Positions 12,162 through 23,712 of a stretch of DNA of 64,000 nt are shown piece by piece. Origin of the DNA: Macrostomum lignano (lineage: Eukaryota); contig NIVC01001098.1 in assembly GCA_002269645.1 (NCBI GenBank), forward strand, positions 186,001 through 250,000. The letters run 5' to 3'. The notes below the pieces were generated by a model. It did not search any database and was not told where the DNA came from. It saw nothing but the letters and a program-made list of their open reading frames with translations. Both the position numbers and the translations under genes were made by a program. The stretch's first letter is position 1. Every line of letters starts with the position of its first letter.

Positions 12162-13046
12162 GAAGGCTGCTTGATGGCGATGGGTTGAGGGGCTGGTCTG
12201 CAGATTCCAGGTTTCTTTGGCAACTTTGCATCTCAGGTACTGGTTGATAGAAAATCTTCCAGACCTCTAATAGGAAATCAACATGTACCCTAAAAATTTT
12301 ATCAGAATTTAAACTTTTCCCTTTAATAAGGCCTCGCTAAAGGACTTCAATCTGTCAAATATTGAAGGTTTTTATTATATCTAAAATATTGCCATTTTGA
12401 TTGTTCAAGATCAACACTGAATTCAATGCACTCTGATGTAATTCCTTTAAGTAAAAAGTTGAATAATTTATCATTTATCATTTATTTAGCCACTTTAGAA
12501 AGGGCAACATATTAAGTAAATTTAAGATAACAATATTTTAGTATGCAAATTAGAAACAAGTCTGATACTTGACTTTAATTATGAGTACATTGATTAAACT
12601 TCTATATATTATTCTTTCTTCTACTAAGCTTAATTATATCAAGATCAGGGTATAAAAAGTACATATTTAATTTAAATACCTTTTAGGCTAAGGAAAGCCA
12701 ATATAAAAACTTGAATAATGCAGAAAGTTATGCTCTTTTACCTTAATTTGCTAGCTTAATTGAAGCTTATTTCCAATTCTATTAAAAACTAAAAACAATT
12801 CTTTTCAAACACATTTAACTAAATATTTCGATTTTAGTTTGATGCTCAAAAACTTTTTAATATAAGCTTGTATTATACTATTAGTGTCATACAGTGTCAT
12901 ATATAGGCGATATATATCAAAGATATATTATATTCATTATTAAAAGATATCAACTAACAAATAGGCCCTTATTATAACTTAAAACAACTTAGCCTATTTT
13001 AAATAATTGCTTATAGCCTAAAATTATAGACATAGCACATGCTTGG

Positions 13047-13202
13047 GCGCAACCTTGGGATTCACTTGGCCATTTCTATTGGCAACACACACATGTATGT
13101 TGCTATTGGACAGAATAGTAGTCACATGACTGCTCTCAGCCAATAGCGACTTACATGTGTGTGTTGCCAATAGAAACAGCCGAGTGATTCCCAAGGTTGC
13201 GC
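13047..13202. mobile_element. 156-bp near-perfect foldback (MITE-like or hairpin RNA)
   Basis: Arm GCGCAACCTTGGGATTCACTTGGCCATTTCTATTGGCAACACACACATGTA pairs with its reverse complement ending at 13202; centre AGTCA-CA-TGACT. Confidence 0.7.
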
Positions 13203-14639
13203 ATGTATGACATAGCATTTTAAAAAAGCAACACAATAGATATAATTAATTGATTGGCTATATATATTTAATGTAGTCATTGATTAACTAGTTGTCAAGT
13301 CAAGTTCTGCTATAAGCATTTTTCCATATCTATATCTATAGACATATCTGTATGTATATCATATCTGTATTTTTCCCATAGCCTATCTATATCTACATTC
13401 TATCTAGTAAACTTTCTATAATATCTTATAATTTTTTCTGTGGTTGCAATATGCCATTAATGTCAAGCATTAGGACCTCTGATTATTGGCTATTACAGTT
13501 ATAGGAATGCAACTATGAAGTGTTTTGCAAAATGCATCTATGGCACTCAATGTATATCAACTTGATTGTTTTTTATTATTCTCTCTCTTTTCTCCTCTCT
13601 TATCCTATGTCTTTTTCTCTCTTATTTTTAATCTCTTTCCTTTCTCTTTCTCTTTTTCCATTTTTCTTCTTGCTTCATATATATCTGATGTATTGTAATG
13701 TAATGTTTAAACAACAAAAGTAACAAAATCTCTAATTTTTTAGATCTTTTATGAGAGTGATAGCCTACTTATCAGTTGATTTCCAAGAAGCCTCCTTTAC
13801 AATCTAGCCTTCTTTGATAATAGCAAATGCTAGGTGGCTTCTCCATTGACTTTATATATCATAACTTAATCCTTTACTATTCCAACCATTTTCAAAAACT
13901 TTTTAGATCATATCAAAAATAATGGCATTGACATAGTTTTATTTGAAGAATAATTTCTTATTTTAATTGAGTTAAACAAATTTAAATAGATTTTCTTAAT
14001 CTTACATTTAGAAATACAAATAAACTTTTGTAATATAGAAAATATTTGTTAGCTTAATTCCTATATACTAAAAATGAGTTGTCTGTGGGTAGGTAGGTAT
14101 GCGATAGATTTTAGAAAAATTGGCTCAACCGATTTTCTTCAAACTTGCACCATTCAATCAGAAATTTTCCTGGGATGGTATATGCATCTTGGCTAAGAAA
14201 TTGCTCAATGATAAAGGGATTAAATATTCAAAAAACATGCTTTTTTGCAAAGGTCAAGCAGCTCTTTTGACCTGGAATGCATTGTAAGAATGCTAGAGAA
14301 AAAACTGACTGGCTGAATTTCAATTGTGATAAAGATTGCATCACAACAAGTTGAAAACAGTGTCGAAGAAATGCATACACAACTTGATTAAAATTGCGTA
14401 ACCATATTGCAAACTTAATTGAGACTGATACTGGCTGACTGAGAAATTGATTACGTCATAACTTTTTACTTCAATTGACTTGCTGTAAGAATTGAATTAT
14501 AAGAGCCACAATTCATGTTCTCCAATTGAAAAGAGATAGCCAAGATGCAAACAGACTGGAATGCTAACATAGCGACCTGGGTTTGAATCTTAGTAGTGTA
14601 AAAAACTTTTTATTAAAATGCCTTAAAAGCACAAAATGC

Positions 14640-15560
14640 TAAACATAAAAGAGCCCCCATGTCAAAAATTAAAGAGCCACCATGTCAAACATAAAAGGGC
14701 TACCATGCAAACATTAAAGAGCCCCCATGTCAAACATAAAAAAGCCACCATGTCAACCATAAAAGAACCACCACGTCAAACATTAAAGAGCCACAATGTT
14801 AAAAATTAAAGAGCCACCATGTTGAAGATTAAAGTGCTACCATGTCAAACATAGAAGAGCCACCATGTCAAACATAAAAGAGCCACAATGTCAAACACAA
14901 AAGAGCCACCATGTCAGACATAGAAAAGACACCATGTCGAACAACTGAGCCACCATGTCAACCATAAAAGAACCACCACGTCAAACATGAAAGAGCCACA
15001 ATGTTAAAAATTAAAGAGCCACCATGTTGAAGATTAAAGTGCTACCATGTCAAACATAGAAGAGCCACCATGTCAAACATAAAAGAGCCACAATGTCAAA
15101 CACAAAAGAGCCACCATGTCAGACATAGAAAAGACACCATGTCGAACAACTGAGCCACCATGTCAACCATAAAAGAACCACCACGTCAAACATGAAAGAG
15201 CCACAATGTTAAAAATTAAAGAGCCACCATGTTGAAGATTAAAGTGCTACCATGTCAAACATAGAAGAGCCACCATGTCAAACATAAAAGAGCCACAATG
15301 TCAAACACAAAAGAGCCACCATGTCAGACATAGAAAAGACACCATGTCGAACAACTGAGCCACTATGTCAAACATAACATAGACACCATGTCAAACATTA
15401 GAGAGCCACCATGTCAAACATTAAAGAACCACAATGTCAATCATTAAAGAGCCACTATGTCAAACATATAGATATACTTGACTTCATGTCAAACATTAAA
15501 GAGCTACCATGTCAAGCATAAAAGAGACACCATGTCAAACATAAAAAGAAATGTCATGCC
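14640..15560. repeat. Degenerate ~22-bp repeat (CCACCATGTCAAACATAAAAGAG) with a 205-bp higher-order unit x3
   Basis: Diagnostic TGTCAACCAT at 14751, 14956, 15161. Confidence 0.9.
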
Positions 15561-15599
15561 AAACAAAATGGAGCCACTATAAAGCTAAGGAAATTATTG

Positions 15600-15980
15600 C
15601 ACTAGCTACTTGTTGTCTGGTGGATGCTTGCTATTTAAGGATGGATACTTGCTATCAGGGGGATGCTTGCTATCTGAGTGATGCTTGCTATTGGGGGGAG
15701 GGATGTTTGCTATCGGAAGAATGCTTGCTATCTATCTGGGGTAACTTGCTATTGGGGGATGCTTGCTCTTGGGGAGTAGAGGGTACTTGCTATCTAAGAG
15801 GGGGTTGCTATCTATCTATAAGGATTCTTTGTATCCAAGGATGCTTGCTATCTGGGGGATGGTTGCATGCTGTCTGGGGATGCTTGCATGCTGTCTGGGG
15901 ATGCTTGCTATCTGGGCAATTCTTGCTATCTTGGGGATGCTTGCTATCTGGGAGATGCTTGCATGCTGTCTAGGGATGTT
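15600..15980. repeat. Degenerate ~17-bp repeat (GGGGATGCTTGCTATCT)
   Basis: Recurrent GATGCTTGCTAT / GATGCTTGCATG units. Confidence 0.85.
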
Positions 15981-16232
15981 TTCTTTATAGATGGAATGTC
16001 TGTTGTCTTTGTGAAAGCTTTATTTCACTGTCTTTTGTTATTTTTAGAGAACAGATATTCTATTTGGATGTCCCCCATTGGGGAGAGAGGTTTGCTAGTT
16101 AGGCCCTAAACTAAAAAAAATGTTTAGTTGCTTCAAATAATAGTTATATATAATTGATACTTTGTTTGGTGGCACTAGGCCTATCATCTCACTATCTGTT
16201 GGTCTAGCTAAATATCTAGCTATTTTATAGAA

Positions 16233-16658
16233 GGCAGTGCTTATCCCCACGGTACCGTAGGAATAATTTCTGTCTTATTCCAACGGTACCGTGCGAATAA
16301 TTTTCTGCTTATCCGCACGGCACACTGACGAGATAGCTGCCCTATCTTCTACATATGCCGTGTGGGAAGTTTAGTATATACGATTTGAGTGCAGTATAAC
16401 AACATAACTTGGCTTGAACATTTGTTCTAAAGAAATAAAGATTTAACGACTTTTCTATGAGAAAGAATTTTTTTGTGTAGTAACAAATGATTTAAATTGC
16501 GTGCCGTGCGAATAAGCAGAAAATTATTCGCACGGCATACGTAGAAGAGGGCAGCTATCTCCTCAGTGTGCCGTGCGGATAAGCAGAAAATTATTCGCAC
16601 GGTACCGTTGGAATAAGACAGAAATTATTCCTACGGTACCGTGGGGATAAGCACTGCC
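16233..16658. mobile_element. 426-bp Mutator-like MITE with ~120-bp TIRs and a 9-bp TSD
   Basis: GGCAGTGCTTATCCCCACGGTACCG at the left end, CGGTACCGTGGGGATAAGCACTGCC at the right end; TTTATAGAA at 16224-16232 and 16659-16667. Confidence 0.8.
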
Positions 16659-19600
16659 TTTATAGAAATAAAATATGCTTGTTTTAGAATACTTAATACT
16701 TAGTACGTATAAGTTATTTTAATAATTTATTAGGCCTATAATTAGTAAAACACCTGCTATCTCTACTTAGCATTTATTAGGGCTTAGATTAGATATACTA
16801 TACTCATTTGGACTATAATATAAAGAATTCATTTTATAGACATATTATATTAGGTCTATTATTAATCATAAATCATTAGCACTTGAAATGCCACAAATTC
16901 AAATGAAAAACTATCTATGACAATGGTCATTAGCTGAAACCTGCAATAGGGTAGGCCCTAGGGATAGTAGGGCCTATTATTATTAAAAATAGATACTATA
17001 ACTATAGGGCCTAAATTGAATTAAATTTAGGCCCCACTAGGTCCGACTTGGAATGTATTTTGCCCAAGAGTGAATTGCCTAACAAATTTTCCAACAAGTT
17101 TTCTCCTATTAACGCTTGCCTATAATACTTTTTTACCACAGTACATTTAGCCACAGCAGATTTTGTCTACATTGCCTCTCTCAATGCTTAGTAACGAATA
17201 CAATCCATTTGGTAACAGCCATTTTGCTTTGGTAATTGCCATTTTGGTAACAAAAAATGACCATTTCGGATTTCGGTAAATTTGTTGTATACCACACTGC
17301 ACAGTGACAGTAGTACAAACTACAATGTAGAGCACAAATTGCGATCACACCGCACACGCCACAGTCACACAAAATCGGCCTTTTTTGTGGTGGTGAAAAC
17401 TGAAAACGACCCTTTACGACGACCGACGAACTACGAGTACGAGCTACATGTCCATTCACTGAGTAAGTTAATATTCAAATCAAATAGGGCGCCTGCTGAT
17501 GTCCTGCTCTAAAACTGCCGCACGCGCGCGCCCTGCGGGGCTGCGTCCCATCATTAAATGGGACATGATAATGTAAAAATAAAATCATGAAATAATTACA
17601 TTGTGTTTAGCTAATCCCTTACATGTATACGTATATAAATCATAATAAAAATAAAAACAAGAAATTACAAGAAAATGAGCTAATAGGATTTGTATAAGTA
17701 AGTGAGTTTGCTTTGTTTGTTTAAACTCCCTAAAAAATTCTCCGTACCGGAAATTAGAAAAGATTTTGTAGTAGCAGTAGCATCTTACATGTATTGATTA
17801 TGTAATCGAGATTAGGCTGAACGATTCTTGTATCTGACGTGTTGGGAGTTGTCGCTGACTATTGGCTGGCTAACTATTTAACTTTGAGTCACTTTGTGCC
17901 CTGCTTACCAATGCCAAGCGTGCGCCCCGCTCATGCATGCGTAAATCTATGCGTACGTACTTTTGATGGGTTTTGACCTTCGGGCCCCTTTGTGGGGAAG
18001 CCTTCGGGCCTCAGGTCTCAATATCAAATACTCAAATACAAATCAAAGACTCAAAGACTCAAATCAAAGAATAAAAATCAAAGGATAAAAATCAAAGACT
18101 CAAATAAATCAATTAGAGTCCTGGCCCCCCAACCTGTCAGATGGTCAGCCCCATGGTAGCTTGATCGTGTGGCGAGCAGTCTAGGTCCTATAGCTAAGAG
18201 AGGGACAGCGAGAGACAAGCAGGGAGAATTTTGAAGGTAGAAATTAGCCAATCCACAGACTAAGCTAACTCGCTGCCACCAGCCCGTGCGCCCTGGCTCA
18301 CCACCAGGGCTTTCGAAATCGGGCTTCCGACTAGAAGGGGCTTTGCACTTACCTGCCAACTAGTGTCTTTTTGCTATCAATCTCGAAGTCATAGCCGATG
18401 ATAAAGGACACTGCTGGGATTAGATCGCATTGGCCATGCAGGTACAGAGGGGACTTGTGCAGGGGATATTCTTGCAGTGGCGAGACTCTGGGGTAGCTAC
18501 ATGTACTATTATTGCTAAATACGAGGATATGTACTTTTGGCCTTCAACGCGCCAACCAGCCTCTCCTAGCGCTGATGATAGGCTAACTCGAACTTCAGAG
18601 ACCGCATGATTCATTACCCGAGCCGCTTGGCTAACCTAGAGTGCACAAAGTACATCTCTGGCGCCGATTCTGCACTCCTGGCAGCTTCCCTAACTGATTT
18701 GATAGATTGATCGACTGAGGACTGCCTTGCCATTGGTCCACTGTGACCGGCGCCTACTAGCTTAGCTACTCATCTGAGCCATCGGCGAACAAAGAAATAA
18801 AACCGATAAAAATAGCTGTCAGATTTAACCTTCTCCTTAGATCACTTCACCCCTCAGATTGGATTGGAGTTTTAGACTACTAGCAGTATTATTGAATGAC
18901 TTCTGTCTCAACAACAGCACTACTGAACAAAATGAGCAAAAGTGTGCGCCTAATCCAGCTACTGAAACAGGGGACAGGAAGGGAATCACCCAATCAAGCA
19001 ATTCTAGGTAGCCTCTCACCCAACCAATCAGAAGCTCAACAGCCGGAGACCAGGTAATCCACAGTGACCGAATCGGCTTGATGCTTCGCAGCTGTAGACT
19101 CGGGATGATGCTGACACAATCTTCGCTGATAGCTAGCAGGTGATGATCTTAACTTCGATGTTCGCTGCTGGTGACCGGGGGACTCGTCCTTGATGATGAG
19201 GGGGAAGTCGCAATCTGTGGATCAAAAAACGACGGTCGGGCTCCGGGCACCAGAAATGTCGGGAAGGTTCCTCCGCGGGAGAGCCGGTTGAGGTCCGAGC
19301 GGGCCAAAAACACCGGTTTAAATAGCCGCCAACTGGACCACAGTTTGTTATAATGAAACACGTCGATTCTGATTGGCTAAGCCGTTTTGTTAAAATGAGC
19401 GCCGAATTTTCTGATTGGCTAAGCTTGTTGCCACCCAGAATCACGTGACCGGGAGATCCTATCAGTTCCCTCAGGGTCGTAAAAAGATGACAGGTGCGGC
19501 CATAAATCAATCAAAATCGCAACAAAATGATTTATGACTTTTCACGTAGGATTGACAGAAATTAATGAAAAAATATACATTAGAAAGCTCTTATTAAATA

Positions 19601-20875
19601 GAAAGTCAAGATAATGAAGAGAAATCGCTAATCGCTAATCCCAAGGTAGTAAAACGCTTTCTTTTTACCCCTTTTAGGGGTAAAACGCATAGCTGTCAAA
19701 GCTGTCACACGCTTGAGTGAACACGAACAATAGGCTCTGACCTCATAAATCTGATGGCCTGTCAAAAATGACGAGAAAAAAGCTGCTATTCGCATCCCCT
19801 CAGGCCATCTGGCACCAGCCTCAACACTGAGTGAGGCGCAGGTGGCTGTCAGACAAACTTTGAAAGCGATGATTTACGACCCAAAAAGCTGCGCCTATGA
19901 CTACTAGTATGACCAAACATTATATCTAGTATAGATTCTATGACAATTCGCAGAAAAAGAATAAAAATGCCCATAGCCTGCTGTCAGTAGGCTAGTAAGT
20001 TTAGAGCCCACGTGCTAGCGCGGGATTTGGAAAAAAGTGCGTCCTCATCACTTTCTACTCCAACTTTTATCGATAACTCAAATATATCGCTTTACACCAC
20101 TTCGTATTTAAATAATTGCATATATTATTTTCTTTGTCGTAAATTTCTTACTCAGCAAATGCATTAACTTCGCTGCATTATCGTTTTAACTAAAACAAAG
20201 TAAATGTCTGCGTTACTAGTCGATCGTTACAAACTACTTTGCAAGTCCAGGAACAGCAAGTGACTTAGGATCATCATCAAAGACAAATATTTACATTTTT
20301 TTCAAAGAATCTTTGGCTACTTGCTTTTATATACACGTAACATTGTGTACATGTGTAAAATTGCGTTACAATGCGGTTTTTGATTGTCATTCACATACGT
20401 AGATATTAACCATTTCATTTAGAGTATATCAGTTGGTTGAGTTTCCTTTTTACTAAGAAGGCATTGTGGAAACTAAGGAAGTATTAAAAATAGGAAAATC
20501 TAAGATGGGCTTCGTTGATCTGCTTAAAAGCAATCATGCCTTCATTGAGCTGATAAAATTCCTTGATAGCATTCTAAATATACTAAATCTCTTATATTTT
20601 ACTAAATTTTCTAATAAATAGTTATCAGCCTTTGCTCAAATCGTTTTAGTATAATCACTCAGGGAAACCATTAGTATTCACGCTAAATGAGTCAATATGA
20701 CCTACCAATTAAGGGGCACATGTCATACTGTTATACAGTAATTATGAATTAGTGCAGAATTTGTTTGCACCTTTCTTGCAGTAAATTATATTCATACATA
20801 CCATGCAATAGCTTGAATTGTACATTGCTTTTAAAGCAAAAATGAGTTCCTAACTCCTGACTCCATACTCTGTAG

Positions 20876-21879
20876 TGTGCCAGTTCTCTCTCCTCTACCT
20901 CTCACTCTGCTACCCTCTGTGTTAGGCCTTAGGGTTCCTACTGAAATTATCTCACCAATTTGCTGCTGTCCTTTAGTTCTAATTTCTTTATTCTATAAAT
21001 TGTCACTAATATATCTACTTTGAGTAGCGTTGGCAGCCCTAAATTATTACTTTTTCCTAGAAACTTCTAATTTCACACGATTTCCTAGAAACCTTGTGAT
21101 AGCGTGTAGTGCCCGAGCGGTAAGACACTGTCTAATCCTTAATTCAGTCCAAAAGTATAGCGTCTTCCGGGGACCAAGGGTGTCCAGCGGTAGCTAATCC
21201 ACTTCCCTAATACCTAATCTCTTAATGTGTAATGCTTATTATTAGCCTGTATGGCTTTCTTTGGATCTATACGATCTCGATCTCCCTGTCCAAATTTCTG
21301 TTATTGGGTCTCCACGACCTCTGGTTTCCCTATCTAGAGTCCTGGTTTTGGGTCTCCACGACCTCCATGGTTTCCCTATCTAGAATCCTGGTTTTGGGTC
21401 TCCACGACCTCTGGTTTCCCTATCTAGAATCCTGGTTTTGGGTCTCCACGACCTCTGGTTTCCCTATCTAGAATCCTGGTTTTGGGTCTCCACGACCTCT
21501 GGTTTCCCTATCTAGAATCCTGGTTTTGGGTCTCCACGACCTCTGGTTTCCCTATCTAGTGAAAGAAATAACGAGATAAGTCTTAGCCAAATTTAGATTT
21601 GTTTCGCTAAAAGATTCTCGCAAGTGGCTGAAGGCAAAAATTGAGAACGATCGCCGAGGAAGAAGTTATATTTTTTTAGTGTCAACCTAATTCCTTATAT
21701 ACAGAAAATTTGGGGAAGGTGGGACGCATTTTAACAATCACTAAAATTATAACAAAAGAATTCGATTTGTTTGGGGAATTTAAACAAATGGGGAAGAAAA
21801 TTTCTGATTGGCTATGATTAAAACTCGGGTTTAACTACTGTTATAAGTAATATACATAGTTTATAAAGATTCTGCCTCA
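20876..21879 (-). repeat. 3' LTR (1004 bp; six 44-bp internal repeats, one with a 2-nt insertion)
   Basis: TGTGCCAG to CTGCCTCA; matches 29454-30455 and 38030-39163. Confidence 0.95.
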
Positions 21880-21884
21880 ACTGG

Positions 21885-21896
21885 CTTCCCTATTTT
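21885..21896 (-). promoter_or_regulatory. Polypurine tract, copy 1 (copy 2 at 30461-30472)
   Basis: Minus strand AAAATAGGGAAG 5 nt before the 3' LTR. Confidence 0.6.
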
Positions 21897-22523
21897 AAAT
21901 TTTTCGAATAATTGTTTGAGTGAGAAAAATTTAACATAATATTAACATAATATTAGAAGTAGAATATGGGCAAAAGAACATGTTAGGAATAAATACGGTG
22001 AACAATACAGACATTAATATGAAGTACACGCTAAGTAATTAATGTACATGAGCATGTGGACAAATAGGTAATGACCAGGGAAGCAATATAAATAGTGATT
22101 ATGAACCGGTGCGTAAAAATACATATTAGCACAAGCAATAGAGCAACATACATATGAGCAATGGATATTTGGCGTGAACAAATGAGTAAATGTATGATTT
22201 AGCATGAGTAAATGTACATGGCTTGGCATGATTAAGCACGAGCGAATGAATAAATGTACATATTAGGATGATTAAGCATGAGCGAATGAATAAATGTACA
22301 TGGTTTGGCATGATTAAGCACGAGCGAATGAATAAATATACATATTAATATGATTAAGTGTTACTAGGACTTAGCCAGAAAGCAAAATTGTCTTACTTAA
22401 TCAATTCATATTAAACTCTAGCGGAAGGCTGTCCTCAACTGGCCAACCGAGATCGGCGGCCATCCAACACACCTCGAACCTGAGTTGCAGCTGCTGGTAG
22501 GCCCAGCCTGCCTGATGGATGGT

Positions 22524-23489
22524 CTACAGCGCATACCAAACTGCTCGGCGCCAAGCGGCAATGCTTTCTTCATAGCTAAATTCTCGGCGTAGAGCTTTGA
22601 TCGTCTCCTTTGGTTCGCCGGCCTGTGGCATGAACCCTCGCCCATCCAGGCGGAGCAGGGCTACGCGGCACAAATAATTCTTCAATTGGCCGATCAGATA
22701 CTTGTAATAGTCATGGCGCTGCCTTGGGATAGATGACAGTACTGCCGAAAAATTGGCGCCCAATTGCATCTGAGATTGTTGACGGGCTGGTTGCGTCGTA
22801 CGCCGATATTCCGGCGTGGCGGGCAGTCCCTGCTGAAGGCTCTCAGTAGATACTTCCGTCTGCTGCCGCGGCATTCTTGCGGTTGTCGACATAGCTGTCT
22901 GTGGCATGGAAAGCCTGGTTGCCGTAGAAATTTGCTGCTGCTGTTGCGGCTCCTGTCTGGGGAGGATTGTTCGCTGTCGTTTGGCGATGATGTGCTGGGT
23001 AGCTGTAGCGCCTTCAGGCTGCCGCTTGATGATGGCCTGGCTGACCTCTACAGGCTTTTCTGCCTGCCTTTTGAGTAGAGCGGCCCGAGCCCCTGGCTCA
23101 TGCGGCACAAGCTGTTTAGCCGGTCTGATGACAATTGACTTCAATCTCTGAGTGGGTCTCGATGACGAGGCCGTTACTTCACTTGCCGCTTCCTGTTTGC
23201 TGTCTAGATGCTGGGCGTATACCGCCTCCTGCTGGCTGTTGTGGGCGTACACCGCCTCTGATTTGCTGCTGCTGACTTGGTGGGCGTATACCGCCTCACT
23301 CTGGTCACTGTTGTGCGCTCCTTGACTATCGCTGGCGTATACCGCCTTCTGCTGGTTGCCTAGCTGGCCATTTTCCGCTTCTTTCGGCCTATCTGTGTCC
23401 TGGGCATCTACTGCCTCCTCTTCCTGACACAAATCTACTGTAAAACTGGCTAATAGCTGATCGAATGCCTCAGCATCAAAGTCTTCCAT
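22524..23489 (-). CDS. Retrotransposon accessory ORF3, 321 aa, unknown function, not env-like (copy 1)
   Basis: ATG to stop between pol and the 3' LTR in sense orientation; no signal peptide or TM segment; four to five AVYA repeats. Confidence 0.8.
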   Translation of the reverse strand: MEDFDAEAFDQLLASFTVDLCQEEEAVDAQDTDRPKEAENGQLGNQQKAVYASDSQGAHNSDQSEAVYAHQVSSSKSEAVYAHNSQQEAVYAQHLDSKQEAASEVTASSSRPTQRLKSIVIRPAKQLVPHEPGARAALLKRQAEKPVEVSQAIIKRQPEGATATQHIIAKRQRTILPRQEPQQQQQISTATRLSMPQTAMSTTARMPRQQTEVSTESLQQGLPATPEYRRTTQPARQQSQMQLGANFSAVLSSIPRQRHDYYKYLIGQLKNYLCRVALLRLDGRGFMPQAGEPKETIKALRREFSYEESIAAWRRAVWYAL

Positions 23490-23575
23490 TGTAATGCTTT
23501 GGTTTTTAAGTTTTGGCTAACTCTGGATTCTAGTTCTGGTTTTTATCCTAGTCTTTCTCCTGGCTCTGTGTGCCC

Positions 23576-23708
23576 TTTTTATATAAATTGTGTCCCCCCC
23601 TCATTGAGTTTATTTCAACAAATTTAACTTGTTTTAATCTATGTAAATTATCTTATTGGCTCTTGCGCAATAAACACTTGATTTAAACCGTAACTGACTT
23701 CCTATTGG
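23576..23708 (-). promoter_or_regulatory. Candidate internal promoter for ORF3 (copy 2 at 32152-32284)
   Basis: Minus strand TATATAAAAAGGG at 23585-23573, ~90 bp upstream of the ATG; AGCCAAT boxes at 23655-23661 and 23704-23710. Confidence 0.55.
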
Positions 23709-23712
23709 CTAG

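Larger units (their letters stand above)
14059..16098 (+). mobile_element. Putative non-autonomous Helitron-like element carrying internal minisatellites
   Basis: 5' TCCTATATACTAAAA followed by GTCTGT/GGTA repeats and AATTGGCTCAACCGATTTTCTTCAAA; 3' CCCCATTGGGG hairpin then CTAG|T at 16095-16098. The 5' flank is T rather than the canonical A. Confidence 0.45.

Noticed and set aside
19992-20024. Helitron-type 3' end on the minus strand (hairpin plus CTAG)
   Set aside because: Not followed by T and no matching 5' end found.
22524-23489. env gene
   Set aside because: No signal peptide, TM anchor or Cys pattern.
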